Shown here piece by piece: positions 51,506 to 64,000 of a stretch of DNA of 64,000 nucleotides (positions are counted from its first letter, which is position 1; each line of letters opens with the position of its first letter). The position numbers and the translations under genes were made by a program. The notes beneath the pieces are model-generated. The model had not been told where the DNA came from. It worked only from the letters and a program-made list of their open reading frames with translations, and ran no database searches. Source of the stretch: Bugula neritina (lineage: Eukaryota; Animalia; Bryozoa); the NCBI GenBank assembly GCA_964035545.1, contig OZ037766.1, forward strand, positions 5,322,722-5,386,721, read 5' to 3'.

Positions 51506-53780
51506 AGGTAAAAAATACAACTTGAGGACCAATAGCTGCCCCGAAAGTCTTGATAATTTTATTGATGATTTGGTGACTAGTTATTGGACGAAAACACAGA
51601 TACGCAGTTGCAATTGGCCATTGAAAAGTAATTTGTGTTCTCAATCTAAAATGCAGTTAGAAAGTAAGAGATCATTGCACTTAACAACCTCGATACTTCC
51701 GTTTAGCAACAACTACAGGGGCACGCTGCGGTATTTTGGGATATTCATATTGATATTCTCAGTCTGATGGTGGATGTCATTTTTTATGAGTCAAGTGTTC
51801 AGTCTCAATAATCTGTGGGGTATCTTTTTTATTTTTTATTACTTTAAATTTAAAACATAGAATATGTCTAACAAAACTTGCACAGAACTATTACATTTGC
51901 TTTTACTGTTTTAGTTTTATTTTTATAGAACTTAGAAGTGAAAAAGTCAGAAACTTATAGTTATTTAGTTATTTATTATTTAAAATAATAATTATTACTA
52001 CAATTTACAGCTAGCAGTACAATTAACTACAAGTCTAAATGTAATAACAGTGCCTCTTCAGACCTAGTGCCAAACTTCAAATTGCTGTTACTATTAAATT
52101 AATATTAAGATAAAAATCCCAAGTTTTAATGATTTTCGACTTATTACTAGTGGTAACATCATTATGATTATAGAAATTTGTTGATTATTGTTATGAATGC
52201 CACTGAGCAAAAAATTTAACCGAACTCAATTGCATTATTTCTATTATTGATTATTACCACACTAGCAATAGCAAATACTGAAATAGTTAATATTAATGTC
52301 AGAGTTTTTGAATCAATAGTTATTATAGCCACTATTTTAATTACACCTAATTTTATCATTTTTGGTAATAATTTTACTACTTTACTGTCATTTAGACTGA
52401 CTAGTAATATGCTGCTAATGTTAAAGTAGCCATTGCCTAAGCTAATTAATTAAGTAACATTTATTTATTGTGCAAGTAACAGTAAAAATAATTCAAATGC
52501 ATAATTCTGGCAGACTGACTAAAGTAAAACAACCAAATGTTTTTAATTAACAAGTACAGAATTAGGAGACTTAAATCTAACCGTGTTTTGACAATAAATA
52601 TATTGAATCTCAAGACTTAAAAATTGATTAAACTATAGCGTAATCATAATTGTATTGCTTTACACTTTTTGTGAAGTACCTGCTATAACTAGATAAGTAA
52701 GATGTTAATCAAGTACTACATTAAAATTTTTAACTTGCTAATCTTGCTATAATTGAATTTTCCTAAAATTAGAACATTTGCACTAACAAATATGCAAATC
52801 TTGTCAATTAATTAGGTAAGTCAAATCTGTAAAGATGTGTTTCGATCTGGAATCTTGAAAAACAAGAATGAAACCCTTCGAGCTCTAGGTTTTTTATTGA
52901 TCTGGTACAATATACTTCATGTAAATTTGTTTTGTCATTTTGATCATAAAGCTTTACAAAAACAGGCTAATGGCACAATAGAAGGAATTATAGTGTTTAT
53001 TACATAAGAGCATATTGTGAGTAGAAGGTGGAATTTCCAGAAAACATAATTAACTTTTATTAGCAATGATTTTTGTAAATCTCTGATGTTGATGATTGAA
53101 ACATAATTATTTTTTATCTCTCTACTCTTTAGATTCTTTATGGACCAAGTAGTTTTGTTTTGGACACTTTTAAACAAATTCAAATGGTTAGATGTCAAAA
53201 GATCTCACATTTCAGCTGCAAAATGTTCCAGCATGGGTCGGCATGGTTACTTGTAAGCCAGTGATTTTACTTTAAACAGAGCACCAAACAATGTATTTGC
53301 AAGTAGTCCTAGTACTTCAGAGGCTACTGCGCATGGTATGCATGGTAGCCTTTCAAGTACTGATTCATTATTTACATGGCTGTTCTATTTCTTGTCAATT
53401 CAAATAGTCATAAATTTCAACAAATTGACTTGAGTCAACAAATTTTAACTAATCATGTTCGCATTTACTCAGATCAGCTTACTTAAAGCTCTTGAATTTA
53501 GCTTTGTTGCCTATTCCATTAATATATTTGATTTATAATGATGTAAACAATGTCAACACTGTTCATTAGATTTTAAATTTGCAGGTGTGTATGTCAATTT
53601 GTGTTTAATTTGTAACTTTAGGCAACAGCCAGGTACTAAATAATATGACATAAGAGTAAATATGAGAAGATTGGAAGTGTTTTACTGTAACGGAATTATT
53701 TTAAAATCAAAACTATTTCTGATATTTTGTAGTGATGCCCAATAAAATCTGTCGCTGGCACACCTTATACAACGTTGGAG

Positions 53781-56700
53781 ATGTCACTCTCTAATGAAAG
53801 AGGACAACTTTCTAGTCAAATAATAAATCCTTTCATTTGTTCAACTGATGATTTTATTGAAGAAAGGACTTATCTTAACCACCATGTTTTTCCTTTAATC
53901 CAAAAGCATGGTAAAAAGCGAACAGTATCATTTTTACCTTTTGAATGGGATCACAATATTGATGAAGATAGATTAAAGAAGGGCCATGCCCTATATTTAT
54001 CTCTTCGGTGCATTGAAAATGCTAGTCCTTTTTGTATTGTTCTGCTCGGAACTAAATATGGTCCTTGCAGGCCCAACCTCAACTGCTCACTCAGCTCATT
54101 AGACCCGCAACATGCCACACACTGGGTTGACAAAAATTTATTAATAGCAGCACAATCTGGATACTCTTGGTTAATGGATGACTCATACAGTAGTACAAGT
54201 TTATTCGAATTGAAAATAATACAAGCTGCATTTTTAGAAGACAACTCTAAGTTTTGCAGATTTTATATTCGAGAGCGACTTCCACCAAGTCCCGAGGAAT
54301 CTCTCACTGAGTCAGATCGGCATTCTAGACTCAAACTTCAGCAACTAAAATCAAACTTAGCTAAGAACGGTCTCTACGTATCATATTACAGCAATATCCA
54401 AGAACTTGGTGAGCTAGTCCTTCATGATTGGACGTCAATAATTAATCAGCTGTATCCTCAACCTTGTGAGGTCACCATTGGTAAGTATGATACTTGGAGT
54501 TTTATGCCATTTTTATATGTGTTGACTGTTGGTGCAAAATATTCAGTTATTTTAACATTTATGAAGCAGAATGTAGCATTTAATTTGTTAAAAACAAATA
54601 CACGTAATGTAAGCAATCGTTGAGCTTTGAAAGCATATGTATACTCAATCGTGTAATAGGAGATGGTAAATTGGTTGATGATGTAAAACATCAGGGCTTT
54701 CGAGACAGAGCAAGTCAGAATCTGATTCGACACTCTGCAGTTGACAGCTTATACAAACAACTCTGTACATTTTCAACTCAAGAGAACAAATACAAATATG
54801 ATCCATTTGTTAGAGCCAAACACTTTGAGAAATCCACCGGCATTCGATTACTCCGAAAAGGGTAAAAATCTATCTTCACTCTTTTTAATTATTTTGCTAA
54901 ATTTGTGTGACTTAAAGATTTAAACATTATCATTTGTTTTAAAATTAATAAAACAGGAAATAATGAAATGTATTAGATATATAATTTAGTGTTTTTAAAA
55001 CTTATTTGATGTTCCAATGCATTTTCAAAGTGGTAAAAAATTAATTAATTGAAATAATTTTCTTTTAATGAAAGAACTTGAAATTTAGTTACCAATGCTG
55101 CATAATTTATTATCGTATAAATTAACTGTTGTATTTGCAAACACAAGTGTAATATAATTATAAACTTAACTATGAAACAATAAGAATAATCTTACTAAAT
55201 GAACTTTGAAGATAAATAGAATTGAGCTGGTTTGAGGATCGATAAAAACATCATTCAAATCTGCCATTGCCTATCATACTATCAAATCTTCATATTAACT
55301 TATAGGCGCTCACAAATTTCTTCAGCGAAGCATTCTGATGAGCATAAGTCTGTGTGTGTTGTGACTGGTCCACGTGGCTCTGGGAAAACTGCCCTAGTGT
55401 CTAATTGGTTACAGAATGAGGCTGAACAAGTTGTCCCTTCAGACACAGCTATCATATATCACTACGCGACATGCGATAGGATGGCTCGAAACATAGCCGT
55501 CTTTATGAAACGGTGTATTAGAAAGTTGCGTCAAGCCTTCATGGTGAATTATGGTGAGAGTCATAATTCTTGCAATTTTTCTGAACTGTTTTTGTTGTTT
55601 TATTATTATGAAGTTTAGTAAAAATAGATTCAAATGTAGATTTTCTGAAGTTATCACAGCACTGAAATCATAAAAATATTAGATATTACACATAATTATT
55701 TTACATGAAATATTCTTACTTAGTTTTTTTATAGCTAAGACACATTCAAAACTATATCATCTGATAGTTTCCTTTTATGACTATAATTACAATTATAGTT
55801 GCTTATAGTATGCCGTTAATGGGGGAGGGGGGTGTAAAAACTTGGAGTTATGTGATAAATTTATATTTCACTCTTCTTTTAATTTCCATGGCAGATGATG
55901 AACTCTCGATGGAAAGTGAATTCTCACAGTTTTCACAGATTAAGGAGACGTTTTTAGCGGCTCTTGCTCTCGGCCCGTGTCTTATAATCTTTGATGGACT
56001 AGATGAGATTACTGCTACAATGGGACACAGCATGATTGAGGTATATGTTTTCACTCGTAATAATTATTGGTTTATAAGATATGCCACTTAAGAGCATTAG
56101 TGGATACATTGAGATAGCCTAAGTTCTTTAATTTTGTTGTTGCAATTTGGTTTGGATTTAGGGTTGAAATTCTCACGAGAACATAACTTTTTATGCTACA
56201 TTTCTAATCTAGAGCACAGACTTCTCTGAATTTCTCCATTGTTGCACCTACCTCAGATATGCCCAGTTGAGATGTGTTTACTTGACTTTTTCTAGAATCT
56301 AGGCTATACATGTTGAATCTAGATATAATAACACCCTGAAGATTACAAGATCGATATGTAATACAGTGTAGGAGGTTTTGTGACACGTAATAGCAGGTGC
56401 TCTATATAATTATACATAGCTATGTTGCAATTATTATCTCTGCCACCTTGATTATATTCTGTTACTAACTATCATGGCTTATAAGCATTTCAAACTAGTA
56501 TATACAGCAAGACATCCAGGCAATCGAACTGATTTACACGATGAAGCTAATTCCGCTAATTCATAAACACGGATATAATAGGTTAATAGTGAGCAAGAGT
56601 AAATTTCATTGTGTTGCAATCAACAGTAGAGACCTGCAGTAAAGTTGCAGCTACGAGTATTTATAGGAATATTCGTATACATGGTCTCCCATTGTCTACA

Positions 56701-59700
56701 AATTATCCGTACACTTCATATCAAAGTTCTAACTATTATCCCAAGTGTTTACATTAAGTTTAGTATTTAAGTTCAAAAGAATAAGTTGTTTATTTTTCTA
56801 ACATAGCCATTAAATATCTAATCAACTTTTTATAGTTTTAGCTCTTCATTGTATTTACATAACATAAAGTTTTATTGAGTTTTAGTATAGTTGGCGTAGC
56901 TGTAGCACACTTATGGTATATTATAATTAAATATGCCTAGTTGTGTGGAGTACAGTATAGAAACGTTCATTTTAACACCATGTGTTTCACACTTATGCTA
57001 CTACATTCTCATAATATACAAATACAAAAATATATAGGGATGGTAATAATAGTAACTAGTTTCTAAATAAATAACGCAAAATCCTTTTCTAGTTTAGTTG
57101 ATACCTGTGTAGGACTCTGTGAATTATAAATATAATATAATGCACACATAATCAGCAGTAATTAGCTTTTATTTTGTGTTATCTTGCTAAAAGATGGCAC
57201 GTTGTGTATGTCTGTCGTTAATAGATGAAATCAATGGAATGGCTGGCCGACCCTCTCCCTCCAACTTGTAAGCTAATTTTCACAGTCACTGACTCTGATC
57301 TCTGCGTTAAATCTCTACGTAAAAGGAAGGATGCAGTGTTTTACGACTACGGAGAGATCAGTTCCACACAGGTATCTGTATATCATTGTTAACAAAGCTC
57401 ATGATTCAGCTCTATTACTTTTACTACTAACTACTAGATATATTTCACTGTACGTTAAAGCGTTCTTATTCAGGACAAGCTAGAGATTCTAAGGAGTTAT
57501 CTTTCTCAGAGTAGAAAACATGTCCAGTTGTTGGATTCACAGCTAGCCCAAATTACTCAGTATAAATTGAGCTCTTCTCCTCTCTACCTTTCTATCATAG
57601 CCAATGAGCTTCTTGACATCAATGTGAACTCGTAAGTCAATCTAGCGTTGTTTGTTAGAGACTCAATTTTATTGGATATTTTTACCATAGAAACATGCCC
57701 ATTTGCTAGTTAAAGCTTGTTGCAACTAAAAACTGATAAATAATATAATAGATCAGCGTATCCAGTAAAAGCTTTTTTAATATTCAACGATATAGAATTA
57801 TTCCTACCTGCAATTCCAGTGAGATTTGTTACAGCATCATTATAGTAGCACGTGTAGCACATTATAATAATATTATCATTGTTGTGTTTAGATGTCTATG
57901 TAGTAATGTATATGTTATAGAAATGTAGAAGCACATCTAGTTGTCTATGTAGTAATGTATATATTTTATAGAGATGTCGAAGCACATTTAGATGTCTATG
58001 CAAACCTGGACAGTATCTCAACAAGTACCAGAGACATGTGGACTAATCTCATAAAAAGATGGGTTCGAGATTACAGCTGGCCGAGATACGCAGAAGATAC
58101 ATCTGCTAGTAAATCCAAGTCATACCATCTGCAAGACACTGGTAATGCACGTGTACATACAATACCTTATGGTTTCAGCGTTGTATTTCAATTATTGATA
58201 ACCTCAATTACAACCTGCTGCTTGATCCACAGTAATGCTGACAAAGAGTACAAAAGACTTGCTAATAAGCACAAAGCAACTCACTAAATAAATAATGAGA
58301 TACATGCATTCACCAGTTTGTATTATTTGCTGTATGCATTAATATTTTGCTTATTGACTTTAAGAAATCCATACCTACTGAAGTTTCCAGTCAACAATAC
58401 TTATATTTTGGTTATTTTACTTTATATATTGAATTTATTGTTTTCCATCATCAGTTGATTTAGTTATTAGTTTTCTGTTCCTGTGTTATTGAATCATCAC
58501 GAGAATTTATTGCTTATTAGACTACAATCTCTATTATTGCAGTTATATGCGGGTGGGTCCCTGACTGTCTCCGACTGATAGCCTGTTCAAGAGATGGGCT
58601 ATCTGTAGATGAGATACTTGGTATACTGCTGCACGGTTTAGGTTATATGGGTAACTCTACAGTCACTCAATATGATTGGTTCCTCTTCTATAACACTGCA
58701 AGATGTGTGTTTCACGAGAAACCCAATGGCCTAATCACGATCAACCACGAGCATTTGACGGAAATCGTAGAGTTCTTGCTTCTAGGTATTTGTCAACACT
58801 AGATAACTACATGTTAGTTCAGCTAGTTCACAGTGTAATGTTTAGGAATTAAATGTAAATATTTTTAATAAAGTATGTAATGATTATAATAAATTTTTGC
58901 AATAATATTTTTAATAATAATGGGAAAATATGAAGATGAAGGAGAGAAAATTTGTGATTAATAGATAGCATAGCAATATGTATAATCATGTTTGAATTAC
59001 AAAAATGCTAAGTTCTGCTGGTTAGTTTATCCAATATAAATCTTAAAATGAGTAATAGTAATAATAAAATAAATTCTGGTTATCTAATTGGAAGCTGTTA
59101 CTGAAATAGTATAAAGATGACCCAATTAATTTTGACCAGTCACATTTCTAAATGTTTCTGCTGTTAGTGGTCAATGTGCAATACTGTAGTTGAGTACTTA
59201 GTATTTTCATCCCTTGGTAGCAGTTTCTTTCGAAAAATTTACCAATTTGCATGACTCTCAATTTGACATGACCTAAACTAGGTTTGAATTAGCTTGTATC
59301 TGACAAGGATAACTTGTGTAAAAACTTGTGTTAATTTTATAATTGTTTTCCAACATTTTGATATCACATGGCTAAGAGAAGACAATCACAAATACACACT
59401 GGTCACTTTACTTTACTTAGTACACACTATATATCTATAGTTTTTAGCGATTTTTCACAGTTTAGCCAATAATGTATATGGTTTCTTGCTTTAAACTGAT
59501 AAAATTTTAAAAAATACAGCTAAATGAGCAAAGTTGTTTTTTAAGTTTGCTTGCTTTTCTATGTTTCATTCTAATTTTTTAGTAAATTTGGGTGTGCGGG
59601 GAGGGCTGGGGGCACGATGAAACAAGCATCAAGCCCGCACACCCAAATTAACTTCATATGTACTGTACTTTACCCTCCACTCTCCCACTTGTGTAGGTAA

Positions 59701-62700
59701 TATTAGTCCACCATCTCTACACGAGACTAGTCAGGACTCGAATAGTGCCCAGCGATTGGGTGGCATGGCTAAGAGACAGTACCATCTGGCTATAATCTCA
59801 CACCTGCTCAGTGGGCCAGCAGAGCGGCAGCTGAACAGAGTAGAAGAAGTTCTCTGGCAGCTGGAAATAGTTCGAGACTATGAAAGATTGGGTAGCATTC
59901 TGTTCACACCACAGTGAGTATATTGTGTGTTGTGTACAGTATGCACTACAGCTAGTGAGTGTTGTCTACAGTATACACTACAGCTAGTGAGTGTGTTGTG
60001 TACAGTATACACTACAGCTAGTGAGTGTGTTGTGTACAGTATACACTACAGCTAGTGAGTGTGTTGTGTACAGTATACACTACAGCTAGTGAGTGTGTTG
60101 TGTACAGTATACACTACAGCTAGTGAGTGTGTTGTGTGTTGTCTACAGTATACTGTTTACAACACATGCCAGGAATGTTGACACCATAGGAAATAATGTT
60201 TAGTGTATTGCAGTATATAATTAAATTGTTTATGTTTAAATAGCGTTTATTATTTACAGACCACTCTTTATTATATATTATATGCATGATATATGACATC
60301 TTTAGGGTAATCAGAAAGCTATATGGTAAAATATACTGCACCTACACACCTCTCAGGATAGAACTAATCAGGTTTTATAAGCTACTCAAAGACAAACATG
60401 TGAAAATCCTCCCTAAAATATTCGCTCAGTTGGCACGGTTTGGCTTAGCTGATAAAGATCTTAAGGTACGACATATATTATAAGGTTAAATTTGAGATGT
60501 TGATCACGTACCTCTTAAGTTATATAACACTGATTGTTTCATTCTAATGATGGGTGTAATATACAAGCGCTAATGAAAAGATACTTTGCATTGTATTACT
60601 CTAGAAGTATTCAACTAGATGATCTCTATGTCATATTTTGATTAATTTTATATTAATATAGATTCTGAAAGAGATTTTAATTTAGCCACAATATTTAAAT
60701 ACAATGGGCGTGCTACTAGTGGTCATTAGTGTATGAATCAACTTTATACAACTGCATAAAAACTTTTAGTTCACACAAACTCTTCCTATGAGTTATGACT
60801 CTTAAGTAGAGAGTTGTTGTAAAACTCTGTTCTTATCCTTAGAGTTGTCTATCCCTTTTCACAATTGCTGCAATAGTGACAAAAATGATCAAATAATAGA
60901 CACTACCAGTCTAAGTGAAGACAACTCCAGAGAATGGCTAAATTCTTCTACAATTTATCATTTTTACTGCTTTTTCTGAAACATCGCCAAGTGTTCTTGC
61001 CTTATGAAGTAAAGTTTCGGATTAAATTTTTTGTTCTAATTAAAGCCATGACAAACACCTTTTCTGTAGGTAGCTGGGGCTGATGAAATGACTGCTGTCA
61101 ATCTAAAGGACCTCAAAGAGGAACAAAATAAAAGTCAAAATTTAATGAGTGAAGCTTCAGCGTTTACCAAAGTTAGAAGAGAAAGCAGTGTGTATCAAGC
61201 TGACAGCGATGCTAGCAGCCAGGTTTCCAGGTTAAATATGGATTTTTTATATATATATTAAATCACACAATGTCTCAACTTGAACACAATATTGCTAGAA
61301 ATGTATGTCAAGTTATTAAATGACTTCTCTAAATTACGAACAACCCATTATACTGTTGATGACTAATGTTACTCTGTGCAATGAGAGTTTGCGACAAACT
61401 CAATTCATTTTGTTGATTCTTGCTTCGTTGCGACAAATCAAATAATTCAGTTACTCATAACCCATTGTATATAAATTTGTCAAAGACTTGGTGGTCACAG
61501 CGCATGTTTTAAGAGATGTGGTATAGTCTATAGTCTTAGTTTTGGCTTCGAGGAACTTGGTGCATTTTATAAAACTACAAAGCAGACATAGTATTGAATG
61601 AATTAATAATGTTTTGTAGAAACAAGGCAACTGATTCGTTGGCATCATTTTCCGAGACTCTCACTCAGCCATCCGAGCGGCCAAAGTCAAACCAGGTATT
61701 TTAGTGACTCACTTCCTCCAATAACTTATGAATAAACAGGAAAAAAAACAATAAACAATATTTTTTAAACGCTTCATGAAATCACTTCATGGTGGTTAAT
61801 TAGCTAACCAGATGTGGTTATATGAACCAATTAGAAGCGTATTATTGATTGATTAGATTGAGACGAAATTCACTTTAAAAGTAAAAATAGCATTGCAACT
61901 TAATTTCTGGTTGGGCAGATTAAAATTTGATTTTGTAACAGGCTGGTGCCAAAATCTCACCAGTTCAATACTTTACTAGTATACCAAATCTCATTACTTC
62001 TTACTTCTCTCAACCTATGACGATTGAAATTTTGTATTAATCTAGTATAAATTTACTTCACTTCAAATTAGTGTCAAAATAATAAATGAATTAGATCATA
62101 CCAATGAAATTTTCTGAATTAATAAACTAGACTTTATACAGAAACTTGTGTTCTAGTAAAAAACAGTGCATCTGTGTATTTGCAGCTTGCATGAAACTCC
62201 AAGAAAAAAGGGTTATCATAACTATTCCATTTTCTTCCCTTCAATTCCTTCCTGCCAAATTTATCATAGATTCAAAATAGCATCATATCTAATTTGAGAA
62301 AATAACTCCAAGTTTTAAATATTTTCAAACCTGTAATTCCAATTTCTAAAGTCTAAACCATATAATTATATAACTTATAGATAAAAGCTATTTGTGTATA
62401 ATTTTAGACTACTGAAGGTAATGGACTAGAGGAAGGTGAGAGTTTGCATGAGAATGAACACGACCAATCAAACTTGTTACTTAGATCAGCGGTTAGTGAC
62501 GCGGCAGCAATGAATATGGCTTTGATATGTGCTAAACTTCTACTCATACTCGACGACAGCAGAGAAGGGGAGAAAATATTGAATTCTATCTCTCTGTGGG
62601 TCAGCCAGGTTGTTATGTTTGCCATAAATATTTTGAACCTGTAAATCTTTTGTCATCCACAATAGGATAGTACTTGGTGAACAATATTAACTCAAAAGCT

Positions 62701-62809
62701 TTTATATAATGTATTATTATAAAGAATTTGTATGCTGTTAACAACCAAAGCGAGTTGAGACATAACTAGTAGACATAGTAAGTGTGCATACAGACTAATG
62801 CTACACACA

Positions 62810-62841
<32 letters not shown>

Positions 62842-63872
62842 CACACAGGTACATGCTTATAAATTATAGACAGTCTAATAGAAAACTTGATAAATTTATT
62901 CAGAAAAAACTCATTAAAACTGTGGGTGTTGCTCCCAAGAGAAAAATAAATATTTACAATAAAAGCAGAAACAGATTGCTGACAAGCTAGCACTTTTTAC
63001 CTTGTGTCAGGGGTTAGAGAGCCAAAAGAATATTTATTATTTATGATAGTTTTCTTCAAGCATAAAAAATGACAAAAGGAGTTTTATAATGTTCTATTTT
63101 AGAAGTATCCTTTGAAATATGAGGAGCTGTATGTGATGTGTCACATCTACCAGGAGTTGTCCCACGCTGATATCGGCAGGCAGGATTTCAATCTAGCCTT
63201 AGAGCAGCTGCACAAAGCTCAAGAGTGTCTACTTGATATTAGTTCTACTAAAGAAGGTCTAGCTGTTGTTAGTGACAAACTCAAATCCTACATCAAAGGT
63301 GGTTGCAGTTCAGGAGATTTGTTAATTAATTATGGATTTCTATGAATTGGTCATTATTCTGTAGCCTACTGGCTGATTCATAATCCTGGTTGAAAATATG
63401 TTTATTAACCCCTCTCAGCATAGCAGTATTGGGTATGAACTAATTAGTTGCATCAACTAATCAGTTTTCCTAGAAATTAGACTCATTTTAAGCTTTACAT
63501 TGCATTGGCCACAAAATGCTACAAATCCTGATTTATGTTGCTGTTTATTATTTTCTGTAAACTTTGTTTGTTTGAGTTGTAAAATTTAACTGCAGATGCT
63601 GAAGTTTCATACTTTTCTATCAAGCTGCTATTTGTATGAAGTTTTAAAAGTAATGCTGGACTACCAGTTTGAGGTGAGATATTCTCTTTGTATCATGAAG
63701 TTAGTATCTTTGTGTTCCCAGCCTGTCTAAAGATAGAGATGAGCGGAACTTGTCTGATGGCTGGAGATTTGGATATGGCTAAACCGTATCTTGACGAAGC
63801 TAAAGTTGACATGGAAGAGATCCAGTGTATTCCAGGCACCAAATATATTTTGTATAATCAGGCTTTGCAAAA
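53781..63872 (+). CDS. TTC41: TTC41-like protein (DUF4062-like N-terminus, NACHT-like P-loop NTPase, TPR-like repeats), multi-exon, continues beyond the window
   Basis: INPFICSTDDFIEERTYL...SPFCIVLLGTKYG...KNLLIAAQSGYSWL...IIQAAFL. Walker A GPRGSGKT (exon 55306-55553), Walker B LIIFDGLDE (55895-56040), then WL..PLPP.CKLIF and SPLYL..IANEL. TPR-like exons lie near 63100-63870. First coding exon 53781-54480. Confidence 0.8.
59914..60150 (+). repeat. 34-bp minisatellite (~7 copies) starting at a splice donor
   Basis: GTGAGTGTGTTGTGTACAGTATACACTACAGCTA repeated. Confidence 0.9.
62803..62847. repeat. (CACG)n/(CA)n microsatellite
   Basis: Direct reading. Confidence 0.85.
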
Positions 63873-64000
63873 GTAAGAGATGCTTTATCTTACCTATTCG
63901 CATTGTCCTGTAGTTGTTACAGTAACTTGTAACTAATACTGTGCGGCTCTTTTACTTGTCTATATAGTTCACATTTCTGCCCTGACTTACTCAAAGCTGT

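Noticed and set aside
59914-60150. CRISPR-like array
   Set aside because: Head-to-tail repeats with no unique spacers, in a eukaryotic intron.

Overview
AT-rich, intron-containing invertebrate animal DNA; the species cannot be determined from the window. 1.1-30.6 kb is an A-B-A-B'-A-B'-A tandem array. Block A (~3.5 kb) carries a tRNA-like element, a compact CCAAT/E-box/CRE-like/TATA promoter and a two-exon ~191-aa orphan gene with long intronic hairpins. Block B is an intron-containing fragment of the 3' end of a spectraplakin gene (shot/MACF1/dystonin type: GAR-domain exons, Ser/Arg tail, SxIP motif), which the ORF track does not show. The first B contains a near full-length, disabled Ty3/Gypsy LTR retrotransposon (307-bp LTRs, ATAT TSD, tRNA-Leu-type PBS) with an extra C2H2 zinc-finger/coiled-coil ORF after pol. 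Next come a diverged multi-exon paralogue of the orphan gene and a solo LTR with a GTAT TSD. On the minus strand are a 5.5-kb exon encoding roughly 135-140 DxDGDGIPD (thrombospondin type-3-like) repeats and a complete 14-exon HSP90B1/GRP94 gene ending in HDEL, with a perfect ERSE upstream. A TTC41-like (DUF4062-like/NACHT-like/TPR) gene sits head-to-head with it and runs off the window. All exon boundaries were read by eye from GT/AG signals and phase continuity; no database searches were run.
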